This document shows positions 36,935 to 45,256 of a stretch of 51,333 nucleotides of DNA, in pieces. The stretch is from contig CAZUJD010000001.1 in assembly GCA_964620025.1 (NCBI GenBank), positions 1 through 51,333 on the forward strand, given 5' to 3'. Each line of letters starts with the position of its first letter. The first letter of the stretch is position 1. The notes under the pieces were generated by a model. It was given only the letters and a program-made list of their open reading frames with translations, was not told the DNA's origin and searched no databases. Position numbers and translations under genes: made by a program. Origin of the DNA: an uncultured Ramlibacter sp. (GTDB lineage Bacteria; Pseudomonadota; Gammaproteobacteria; Burkholderiales; Burkholderiaceae_C).

Positions 36935-38235
36935 TGCGTTTCTCCTTGGCGCTGGTGCTGCAGCCGCGCCCAGTCTGCTGGCTCGTCCACGTCCCACAGT
37001 GGGGGCATCTCCTGCCAGCGGGCACCCGCCGCCAGCAGCCGTTCGCGAGTTTGCGCCATCACCCGCGCAGTGCTCCAGTCGATGCCTTCAAACACCAACG
37101 GCAACGGCCGGCTCATGCCGATCAGCACATAGCCGCCGTCTTCGGCGGGAATCAGCACTGCGTCATGGTGTTGCAGCACATCGGCAGCCTGTTGCAACAC
37201 CTGGGGTGTGAGTACCGGGCAGTCCGTGCCCACGATCAGCAGCGGCATGCCGCGCACACCGGCAAAATGCCGGCGCATGACCTCGCCCATGCGCATCCCC
37301 AGGTCGCCGCCGGGCTGCGGCACACAGTCCACACCATGCCGCGCTGCCAGTGCGCTGAAAAACCGGTGCTGCACTGCGGGGGCGCACCACAGGATCACGG
37401 GGCCCGTCGCGGCAGCACGCGCCGTGATCAGCGTCTGCAAGGCAAAACCGCGCTGGGCCCGGGCTGCGCCTGCCGCACCCAGCGCGGGGATCAGCCGGGT
37501 TTTGGCCAGACCGGGTACCGGCGCCTTGGCCAGGACGGCCACCGCAGCCGGCGCTCGACCGTTGTAGCCGTACCGCGCGGCCAGCGCCTGCGGTTCGGCC
37601 CCCAGGAAGTACGCCGCGCGCAGCCGCCACATGAGCACAATGGTGCGCCACAGGCCATGCTGATCCCAGCGCCGTCCGGAGGTGGTCACCCTGGCGGACA
37701 GACAGGCTGGCGCCCCCACCCGCCGCAGGCGGCGGCAAAGGTCGACGTCCTCCATGAGCGGTTGTGGGGCAAAGCCGCCTGCAGCCTGGAACACCGCACG
37801 CCGCACAAACAGGGCCTGGTCGCCGGTCGCGATGCCGGTGATGCGGGATCGCACGTTCATCAGCGCTGCCACCACGGGCAACAGCGGGTGTTGGCCCTGG
37901 ATACGCACGTCAAAGCGCCCCCATGCGTGCCCCGCCTGCATCGCCTGCGCAACCAGTGCATCGGCTTGCGGCGGCAATTCGGTGTCGGCATGCAGGAACA
38001 GCAGGGTGTCAGCCCGTGCGGCACAGGCCCCGGCGTTCATTTGTGCGGCTCGCCCTCGCGGCGCAACCAGCACCCGGTCGGCCAGCGCATGGGCTGCGGC
38101 CGTGCTGCCGTCGGTGCTGCCGCCGTCCACCACCAAGAGCTGCACACCCCGCGCACGCAGGGCCTGCAGCGACTGGAGCCGCCGTGCCAGGTCGGCGCCT
38201 TCATTGAGTACCGGCATGATGACGGCCAGCGTCAT
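36931..38235 (-). CDS. Fusion protein: GT2 glycosyltransferase (aa 1-~228) + DUF2064 nucleotidyl/glycosyl-transferase-like domain (aa ~232-434)
   Basis: N-terminal half: VIMPVLNE, VVDGGSTDGS, LFLHADT, GDQALFVRR, PLMEDVDLCRRL. C-terminal half: VLAKAPVPGLAKTRL, GGDLGMRM, IVGTDCP, AEDGGYVLIG, IDWST. Resemblance to TIGR04283 + TIGR04282 is from memory. Confidence 0.8.
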   Translation of the reverse strand: MTLAVIMPVLNEGADLARRLQSLQALRARGVQLLVVDGGSTDGSTAAAHALADRVLVAPRGRAAQMNAGACAARADTLLFLHADTELPPQADALVAQAMQAGHAWGRFDVRIQGQHPLLPVVAALMNVRSRITGIATGDQALFVRRAVFQAAGGFAPQPLMEDVDLCRRLRRVGAPACLSARVTTSGRRWDQHGLWRTIVLMWRLRAAYFLGAEPQALAARYGYNGRAPAAVAVLAKAPVPGLAKTRLIPALGAAGAARAQRGFALQTLITARAAATGPVILWCAPAVQHRFFSALAARHGVDCVPQPGGDLGMRMGEVMRRHFAGVRGMPLLIVGTDCPVLTPQVLQQAADVLQHHDAVLIPAEDGGYVLIGMSRPLPLVFEGIDWSTARVMAQTRERLLAAGARWQEMPPLWDVDEPADWARLQHQRQGETH

Positions 38236-39308
38236 GGCGAAAGCGCCCCGCCCAGCGCAAGCTCCAGCATGTCGAATTCTTCGCGCATGCGGGCCACCAC
38301 CTCCGCGCTCAGGTAGTGGTCCACCCGGTTGCGCACATGTGCCACCAGTGCGGCGTCGCTGTGGCCGGCGGACCAGTCCTCACCCAGGTCATCGGCGGGG
38401 GCATCGGCAGCCGACAGCACGCGCCATTTGGCGCACCAGGTGACGGACCACAGCCACATGGCTCGGCGTAACGGCACATGCCAGGCCTGCGCCGGCCCGG
38501 CCACACGCGGGCCGACGGCGTCCGCCCAGGTGGCATAGGCGCCACGCACCTGCCCGGGCGTCAGCTCGGCGCGGGTTTCGATGTCCCAGGTGGTGGAGGT
38601 GTAGAGCGTGGCATGGGCAATGTCCAGCGCAGGGTAGCTGTAGCGGCACTTTTCCAGGTCCACCAGAACGGCGCGGCCGCTGTCCTTGACGATGAAGTTC
38701 CCCGGATGGCCGTCGAATGCGATCAGGTGCCGCGGCGGCCGGTCGTCGGCTGCGCACAGCGCGTTCAGCCGCTGCAATTCCTGCGTCACGGCCTGCGCCA
38801 CGCTGGCGGGCACAGCAGCTGCGGCAAGGTACTGCGCCTGGCCGGCCAGCTCCTCATACAGAGCTGCCAGTGCATCGCCGTCATCCAGCAGCGGCCGGCG
38901 CGCCTGGGGCGACGGCAGGGCCAGGGCGTGCAGCGCCGCCAGGGCCTGCACGATGGCAGGCAAGTCTGCCGGCAACACGGCGGTGCGCCCCGTGATTTCC
39001 TGCACCAGCAGAGCCCCGCGCGGCAGTACGGCCGACGGGGCCAGCACACCGCTCAGCCGCGGCGCATGGCCGCCGGCGGCGGCACGCTCAAAGCATGCCG
39101 CCTGGTAGGCCAGGTTGTCGGCCGGGTTCAGGCCCATCTGGCTTTGCTTGGGTATGCGTGCCAGCAGGCCGCTGCCGGTGATGCGCACGTGGTCGTGCGC
39201 CAGACCCTTGTCGGCCAGCCGCACCAGTGCGGCGCCGGCCCAGGGACTGCCGTCGTCGCGCAGGGATGCGGCCAGGCGGGTGGTCAGGGTGGCGCTGTCG
39301 TCACGCAT
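38232..39308 (-). CDS. Phosphotransferase of the APH/choline-kinase/MtnK fold
   Basis: 358 aa. ARIPK (ATP Lys), catalytic loop FDGHPGNFIV, metal-binding VLVDLE. ATGA overlap with the downstream gene. Confidence 0.8.
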   Translation of the reverse strand: MRDDSATLTTRLAASLRDDGSPWAGAALVRLADKGLAHDHVRITGSGLLARIPKQSQMGLNPADNLAYQAACFERAAAGGHAPRLSGVLAPSAVLPRGALLVQEITGRTAVLPADLPAIVQALAALHALALPSPQARRPLLDDGDALAALYEELAGQAQYLAAAAVPASVAQAVTQELQRLNALCAADDRPPRHLIAFDGHPGNFIVKDSGRAVLVDLEKCRYSYPALDIAHATLYTSTTWDIETRAELTPGQVRGAYATWADAVGPRVAGPAQAWHVPLRRAMWLWSVTWCAKWRVLSAADAPADDLGEDWSAGHSDAALVAHVRNRVDHYLSAEVVARMREEFDMLELALGGALSP

Positions 39309-39389
39309 GGGCGTTCATGGCGGGGCCCGCACGCTGCGGCACGGGTGTTGGAAAGCCTGAATGCTAACGGCACGCCGCGTGCCGCGTGC

Positions 39390-39950
39390 TCAGCACAGCA
39401 CAGCGGCTTCGATCTGGCGGCGGGCCCGGTGCAGGCGCACAAACATGGCATCGGGCGTGATACCCAGCTGGCGGCAGACCGTTTCGGTCGGCTCGTCGTC
39501 TATCGCACGGCGCCACATCACGTCACGCAAGGCGGCGGGCAGCCGGTCGATGCAGGCCAGCGTGCGGGCCAGCCGCTCGCGTTGCTCGGCCTTTTCTTCG
39601 GGGCGCGGGGCGCTGCAGGCGGTGTCGTGACGGTCCCAGGCGTCGTCATCGTCGTCACGCGAAACGTCCAGCGCGCAGTAGCGCATGCCCTGACGCTGCA
39701 GGTCGGTCACCTTGTGCAGCAGGATGCCGGTCAGCCAGGTTCGCAGGGCGCTGCGTCCGCCAAACCGCGCGCGGCCAGCCAGCACCGCCTCGAACACGTC
39801 CTGCACGGCGTCTTCGGCCAGTACCGGGTCGCGCAGCTTGTTGCGGGCCACGCGCAGCAGGTAGGTGCGGTGCTGGTGCAGCTGGGCGCCGTCTACGGCG
39901 CAGTCCAGGGGAGTCAGGGCTTCGGTCTGGGCGGAAGTGGGGGCTTGCAT
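39390..39950 (-). CDS. ECF-type sigma-70 family sigma factor
   Basis: Start at ATG 39950. Region 2 DAVQDVFEAVLAGRARFGGRSALRTWLTGILLHKV. Region 4 LPAALRDVMWRRAIDDEPTETVCRQLGITPDAMFVRLHRARRQI. Acidic linker with DDDDD. Confidence 0.85.
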   Translation of the reverse strand: MQAPTSAQTEALTPLDCAVDGAQLHQHRTYLLRVARNKLRDPVLAEDAVQDVFEAVLAGRARFGGRSALRTWLTGILLHKVTDLQRQGMRYCALDVSRDDDDDAWDRHDTACSAPRPEEKAEQRERLARTLACIDRLPAALRDVMWRRAIDDEPTETVCRQLGITPDAMFVRLHRARRQIEAAVLC

Positions 39951-40017
39951 GGTGCGTCCTCGGTTGGCGATGAATGGACTGTGGCGGCCCAGGCTCACAC
40001 CGTTCTCACGAAAGATC

Positions 40018-40034
40018 ACAATCCGATAACAATC
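40018..40034. promoter_or_regulatory. Direct repeat ACAATC-N5-ACAATC (11-bp period): candidate OmpR-family response-regulator box
   Basis: Read from the 120-bp divergent intergenic region, 37-53 nt upstream of the response-regulator start. Confidence 0.3.
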
Positions 40035-40070
40035 AGGTAAGAACGGGCACCCGGCCCCGACTGCCACCGC

Positions 40071-40796
40071 ATGGAGCCCATGAAACGCGTCCTCATTGCT
40101 GAAGACCAGACCGATATCCGGGACCTGCTGGCGCTGAACCTGCAGGGCGCCGGCTACCAGGTCGAACAGGCCAGCGACGGGCGCGAGGCCCTGGCGGCGC
40201 ATGACCGCCTGCCAGCCGACCTGCTGGTGCTGGACCTGATGATGCCGAACATGGACGGCCTGGACGTGTGCAAGGCGCTGCGCGCGCGGGGTTGCACCAC
40301 TCCCATCCTCATGCTCACCGCCAAATCCACCGAGCTGGACCGGGTGCTGGGCCTGGAGCTGGGCGCCGACGACTACCTGACCAAGCCGTTCTCACTGGCC
40401 GAGCTGCTGGCGCGGGTCAAAGCGCTGTTGCGACGGGCCGAGCTGGTGCGGGCCGCCAGTACGAACGCAGCCGACCCGGTAGATGCATCCATCCACAATG
40501 GCGAATTGGAGATCCAGCCGGCCAAACGCCAGGTGCGCCTGCGCGGCGCGGCCGTGGAGTTCACCGCGCTGGAGTTCGACCTGCTCCTGCACTTTGCGCG
40601 GCATCCGGGTCGGGTGTTTTCGCGCGGGCAGCTGCTCAACGCCGTGTGGGGCTACACGCACGACGGCTATGAGCATACGGTCACCACCCATATCAACCGC
40701 CTGCGCGCCAAGCTCGAGGCAGACCCGCTCAAACCCCAGATCATCCTGACGGTACGCGGCGCGGGGTACCGCATGCGGGAAACCGGGCGCTCATGA
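40071..40796 (+). CDS. OmpR/PhoB family response regulator
   Basis: Receiver domain (LIAEDQ..., DLLVLDLMMP, K in LTAKS). Winged-helix C-terminus (LEFDLLLHFARHPGRVFSRGQLL...TVRGAGYR). Alternative start at 40080. Confidence 0.92.
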   Translation: MEPMKRVLIAEDQTDIRDLLALNLQGAGYQVEQASDGREALAAHDRLPADLLVLDLMMPNMDGLDVCKALRARGCTTPILMLTAKSTELDRVLGLELGADDYLTKPFSLAELLARVKALLRRAELVRAASTNAADPVDASIHNGELEIQPAKRQVRLRGAAVEFTALEFDLLLHFARHPGRVFSRGQLLNAVWGYTHDGYEHTVTTHINRLRAKLEADPLKPQIILTVRGAGYRMRETGRS

Positions 40797-42322
40797 GCGT
40801 GCGCCTGAAGATCGCCCTGACGATCCTGCTGGCGGGCCTGCTCACCGCCGTCGGCGTGCTGGTGACCGTGGTGCTGGCGTTCCAGCGGTTCGAGTACGAA
40901 TCGGCCTACCAGCGGGCCAATGCCTTCCTGCAGCGCGTAGCCCAGCAGCATCCCGAGCTTCTGGAGTCCCACCGCCGCGCACCCGATCAGGTTGCGGCCT
41001 TCCTGCGCAACCTGGTGCTGTACGAACCCGGCGTGCGCCTGTACCTGCTCGACGCCCAAGGCGCGGTGCTGGCGGCCTCCGGTGATGTGAGTCTGCCCCC
41101 AGGTTACCGCGTACCGATGGCGCCGGTGCGTCAAGCCACTGGTGCGCAACCGGTCACCTATGTCATGGGCACCGACCCGGCCGACCCGGCCAAGCCCGCA
41201 GTGGTGGCGGCCTGGCCGCTGCGCCAGCAGCTGATCCGCAACGACGCCGCGGTGGACGGCTTCCTGTACTTTGTCTGCCAGCCCATGCCATTCAGCGCGG
41301 AACGGGTGGCCACGCTGCGCGGCACACTGGCCCAGCCGGGGCTGATGATGATCCTGCTGGTGGTGGTGGGCATGGCGGTGCTGGCAGCCTGGGTCACCGC
41401 CACTGTGACACGCCCCCTGGCGCGGCTGACGGCCGCTGTCAGCGAGGTCACGCGTGACGGCCTGGATGGCCCGGCCCCCGCCGCTCCCCTGCCCGCGCTG
41501 GCCCGGGTGCCGGGCACCGACGCGCGGGATGAGTTTGGCCAGCTGGCGCGCGGCATGCAGGCCATGCTGCAAACCCTGCGCAGCCAGTGGGTCACGCTGC
41601 GCCGGCTCGACCATTTCCGCCGCGAGGGGGTCAGCAACCTGTCGCATGACCTGCGTTCACCGCTGACGGCCACCACCGCCTGCCTGGAAACGCTGGACAA
41701 CCGCTGGGCTGATCCGCAGCGCACCACCGACCTTGACGCGGACCGCGAGCTGATCGGGGTGGCCTTGCGCAACACCCGCAACGCCGCCCGCCTGGTGCAG
41801 GCCATGGGCGACCTGGCCCAGCTGGACGAGCCCAGCTTCGAGCTGCGCACCGAAGAACTGGCGCTGGACGACCTGCTCAACGACGTCGCCATGCGGTTTG
41901 CCGCGCGAGCCACCGCGCAGGGCGTGACGCTGACAGCGCAGGAGACCGCGCTGCATGCCCGGGTCGATGTGGAGCTGATCGAGCGGGCGCTGGCCAACCT
42001 GGTGGAGAACTCGCTGAAGTTCACGCCCGCCGGCGGGCGCATCACGCTGCAGGCCCACCAGGCCAACGGCTGGCTGCAGCTGGGCGTGTGCGACAGCGGC
42101 GCGGGCATTGCGGCGGCCGACCAGCCGCACCTGTTCGACCGCTTCTACCAGGCCCGCCACAGCGCGGCACCAGCCACGGGCGAAGGCGGCAAGGGCCTGG
42201 GCCTGGCGATCGTCAAGCGCATTGCCGAGCTGCACGACGGCACGGTGGCCATAGACAGCCGCGAAGGTGCGGGCACCACCGTCACGCTCCGGCTGCCTGC
42301 GCCAGGCCCTGCACTCCAATGA
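40793..42322 (+). CDS. Sensor histidine kinase (2 TM, periplasmic loop, HAMP, HisKA, HATPase_c)
   Basis: H-box SNLSHDLRSPLT, N-box LVENSLKFT, G-boxes DSGAGI and GKGLGLAIV. ATGA overlap with the regulator. Confidence 0.92.
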   Translation: MSVRLKIALTILLAGLLTAVGVLVTVVLAFQRFEYESAYQRANAFLQRVAQQHPELLESHRRAPDQVAAFLRNLVLYEPGVRLYLLDAQGAVLAASGDVSLPPGYRVPMAPVRQATGAQPVTYVMGTDPADPAKPAVVAAWPLRQQLIRNDAAVDGFLYFVCQPMPFSAERVATLRGTLAQPGLMMILLVVVGMAVLAAWVTATVTRPLARLTAAVSEVTRDGLDGPAPAAPLPALARVPGTDARDEFGQLARGMQAMLQTLRSQWVTLRRLDHFRREGVSNLSHDLRSPLTATTACLETLDNRWADPQRTTDLDADRELIGVALRNTRNAARLVQAMGDLAQLDEPSFELRTEELALDDLLNDVAMRFAARATAQGVTLTAQETALHARVDVELIERALANLVENSLKFTPAGGRITLQAHQANGWLQLGVCDSGAGIAAADQPHLFDRFYQARHSAAPATGEGGKGLGLAIVKRIAELHDGTVAIDSREGAGTTVTLRLPAPGPALQ

Positions 42323-42359
42323 CTGAAACCACTCCCCACCGCTGCTGGCGCAAAAACCC

Positions 42360-44522
42360 ATGAACACCCGCAAGATCGTTCTCATCGCGCTGCTGGCTGC
42401 GTGCGCAGCCGCCTTTTTCGCGCTGGACCTGGGCCGCTTCCTGAGCCTGGACTACCTCAAGCAAAGCCAGGCCCAGTTTGCCGCGCTGGTGCAGACGCAA
42501 CCCCTGCTGGTGGCCGGCACCTACTTCGCCATCTATGTGGCTGCCACGGCGCTGTCGCTGCCGGGTTCGGCCATCCTCACGCTGGCCGGCGGCGCGATCT
42601 TTGGCCTGGGCTGGGGGCTTGTGATCGTGTCGTTTGCGTCCAGTGTGGGGGCCACGCTGGCGTTTCTGGTGGCCCGATTTGTGCTGCGCGACACGATAGA
42701 GGCGCGCTTTGGCAACCGCCTGGCCGAGATCAACCGCGGCGTGCAGAAAGACGGCGCGTTCTACCTGTTCACCCTGCGGCTGATTCCGGTCGTGCCGTTT
42801 TTTGTGATCAACCTCGTAATGGGCCTGACCCAGATGCGGGCCTGGACGTTTTACTGGGTCAGCCAGCTGGGCATGCTGGCGGGCACGGCCGTGTTTGTGA
42901 ATGCGGGCACGCAGCTGGCGCAGATTGATTCGCTGCGCGGCATCCTGTCGCCGGGGCTGCTGGGCTCGTTTGTGCTGCTGGGCCTGTTTCCGCTGGTGGC
43001 GCGCAAACTGGTGGACGCCGTACAAAAGCGCAAGGTCTATGCACGCTGGCGCGCCGTGCGGCCCAAGACGTTTGACCGCAACCTGATCGTGATCGGCGCG
43101 GGCGCGGGCGGGCTGGTGTCGGCCTACATCGCCGCGGCGGTCAAAGCCAAAGTCACACTGATCGAATCGCACAAGATGGGTGGCGACTGCCTGAACTACG
43201 GCTGCGTGCCCAGCAAGGCACTGATCAAAAGCGCCAAGCTCGCGCACCAGATGCGCCATGGCCACCGCTACGGACTGAATGACGCGATGCCCACCTTCAG
43301 CTTTCGCGCCGTGATGCAGCGCATTCACGGTGTAATTGCCGCGATTGAGCCGCATGACAGCGTGGAGCGCTATACCGGCCTGGGCGTGGAAGTGCTGCAG
43401 GGCTACGCGAAGATCGTGAACCCCTGGACGGTGGAGATCGCGCTCAATGGCGGTGGCAAGCAGGTGCTGACCACCCGCAACATCGTCATCGCCGCAGGCG
43501 CCCGCCCCTTTGTGCCGCCGCTGCCGGGGCTGGACGATGTGGGCTACGTGACCAGCGACACGCTGTGGGACACCTTTGCCCAGCTGGACGAAGTGCCCCG
43601 GCGCCTGGTGGTGCTGGGCGGCGGGCCGATCGGCTGCGAGCTGGCGCAAAGCTTTGCGCGGCTGGGCGCCCAGGTCACGCAGGTCGAGATGGCCGCACGC
43701 ATCATGATCCGCGAGGACGAAGAAGTCTCTGCCCTGGCGCGGGATGCGCTCACGGCCGACGGCGTGCAGGTGCTGACGGGGCACAAGGCGCTGCGCTGCG
43801 AACATGACGGCGACGGGAAAGTGCTGGTGGTGGAGCACAACGGCAGTGAAAAACGCATTGCTTTTGACCAACTGCTGTGCGCCGTGGGCCGCACGGCGCG
43901 CCTCACAGGCTACGGCCTGGAAGAGCTGGGCATCCCCACCCAGCGCACGTTGGAAACCAACGAGTACCTGCAGACGATTTACCCCAACATCTATGCGGCG
44001 GGCGACGTGGCGGGGCCGTTCCAGTTCACCCATGTGGCGGCGCACCAGGCCTGGTATGCGGCGGTGAATGCGCTGTTTGGCGATTTCAGAAAATTCAAGG
44101 CCGATTACCGCGTGATCCCCTGGGCCACCTTCATCGACCCCGAGGTGGCGCGCGTGGGGCTGAACGAGCAGGACGCGAAGGAAAAGAACATCCCGTATGA
44201 AGTGACGAAGTACGGCATCGACGACCTGGACCGCGCGATTGCCGACAGCGAAGCGCATGGCTTTGTGAAGGTGCTGACCGTGCCGGGCAAGGACATCATC
44301 CTGGGCGTGACCATTGTGGGCACGCATGCCGGCGACTTGCTCGCTGAATATGTGCTGGCCATGAAGCAGGGCCTGGGGCTCAACAAGATTCTCGGCACCA
44401 TCCACACCTACCCCACGCTGGCTGAAGCCAACAAATACGCCGCCGGTGAATGGAAGCGAGCGCACCAGCCGCACCAGCTGCTGGAGTGGGTGCGCAGGTA
44501 CCACGACTGGAAGCGCGGATGA
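42360..44522 (+). CDS. Fusion: DedA/VTT (SNARE-associated) membrane domain + FAD-dependent pyridine nucleotide-disulfide oxidoreductase (class I, mercuric/glutathione reductase-like)
   Basis: aa 1-~225 form a multi-TM DedA-like domain (FTLRLIPVVPFFVINLVMG). From ~43074: GxGxxG VIGAGAGG, redox CxxxxC GGDCLNYGCVPSK (Cys codons 43188 and 43203), NAD site VVLGGGPIGCE, AAGDVAG, C-terminal dimerisation region. Confidence 0.88.
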   Translation: MNTRKIVLIALLAACAAAFFALDLGRFLSLDYLKQSQAQFAALVQTQPLLVAGTYFAIYVAATALSLPGSAILTLAGGAIFGLGWGLVIVSFASSVGATLAFLVARFVLRDTIEARFGNRLAEINRGVQKDGAFYLFTLRLIPVVPFFVINLVMGLTQMRAWTFYWVSQLGMLAGTAVFVNAGTQLAQIDSLRGILSPGLLGSFVLLGLFPLVARKLVDAVQKRKVYARWRAVRPKTFDRNLIVIGAGAGGLVSAYIAAAVKAKVTLIESHKMGGDCLNYGCVPSKALIKSAKLAHQMRHGHRYGLNDAMPTFSFRAVMQRIHGVIAAIEPHDSVERYTGLGVEVLQGYAKIVNPWTVEIALNGGGKQVLTTRNIVIAAGARPFVPPLPGLDDVGYVTSDTLWDTFAQLDEVPRRLVVLGGGPIGCELAQSFARLGAQVTQVEMAARIMIREDEEVSALARDALTADGVQVLTGHKALRCEHDGDGKVLVVEHNGSEKRIAFDQLLCAVGRTARLTGYGLEELGIPTQRTLETNEYLQTIYPNIYAAGDVAGPFQFTHVAAHQAWYAAVNALFGDFRKFKADYRVIPWATFIDPEVARVGLNEQDAKEKNIPYEVTKYGIDDLDRAIADSEAHGFVKVLTVPGKDIILGVTIVGTHAGDLLAEYVLAMKQGLGLNKILGTIHTYPTLAEANKYAAGEWKRAHQPHQLLEWVRRYHDWKRG

Positions 44523-45256
44523 AACCCGTACACACGCTGCTGGCTGCTTTGCTGGCCACCACGGCTGCGGCAGCGACGGCGCAAGCCCCCGCGCTCAGTG
44601 CTTTCTCATCCACCACCACAGGTGAAGCCGCGCCGCCGCCCTGGCGCGTGGTCGGCCTGCCGCAAGACAAGGTGCCGCTGGCACGCATCACACTGACCGA
44701 GGTCGATGGCGCGCGCGTGGCACGCCTTGCCACCGACAGCTCTTACGGCACGCTGGTGCACGACATCACGCCGTGGACGCCCACGCCCAGCGCCACGCTG
44801 GCCTGGCGCTGGCGGCTGGACCAGCCGCTGGCAGCCGCCAACCTGCGCAGCAAGGAAGGGGACGACGCGGCCCTCAAGCTGTGCGTGATGTTTGACCTGC
44901 CACTGGACGCGCTGTCATTTGGCGAGCGCACACTGATGCGCCTGGCACGCACGGTCTCTGGCGAAAAGCTGCCCGCTGCCACGCTTTGTTATGTGTGGGA
45001 TGTGTCCCAGCCCACGGGCACCGTGCTGCCCAATGCGTATTCGCGCCGCGTGCGCTTCATGGTGGTGGACGGCACAGCCAGCGTGCCCGGCCAATGGCGC
45101 AGCCACCAGCGTTCGCTGGCGGCTGACTTCCTGAAAGTGTTTGGCGACGACACGCAGCAGGTACCCCCTGCGGTCGCGGTGGTGATCGGCGCGGATTCCG
45201 ACAGCACCGCGGGCCGCAGCCTGGGCTACATCGGCGACGTGAAGATCACGCCCTGA
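44519..45256 (+). CDS. DUF3047-like secreted protein
   Basis: Start at ATG 44519 (ATGA overlap). Signal MKPVHTLLAALLATTAAAATAQA. Family assignment is from memory. Confidence 0.65.
   Translation: MKPVHTLLAALLATTAAAATAQAPALSAFSSTTTGEAAPPPWRVVGLPQDKVPLARITLTEVDGARVARLATDSSYGTLVHDITPWTPTPSATLAWRWRLDQPLAAANLRSKEGDDAALKLCVMFDLPLDALSFGERTLMRLARTVSGEKLPAATLCYVWDVSQPTGTVLPNAYSRRVRFMVVDGTASVPGQWRSHQRSLAADFLKVFGDDTQQVPPAVAVVIGADSDSTAGRSLGYIGDVKITP

Noticed and set aside
39309-39389. ECF-type promoter (GGAAC-N16/17-GTC/CGT) between the sigma gene and the kinase gene, or upstream of the sigma gene (39951-40070).
   Set aside because: Only poor matches with the wrong spacing were found (for example GAAC...GTC 22 nt apart). 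This is not enough to call a promoter.
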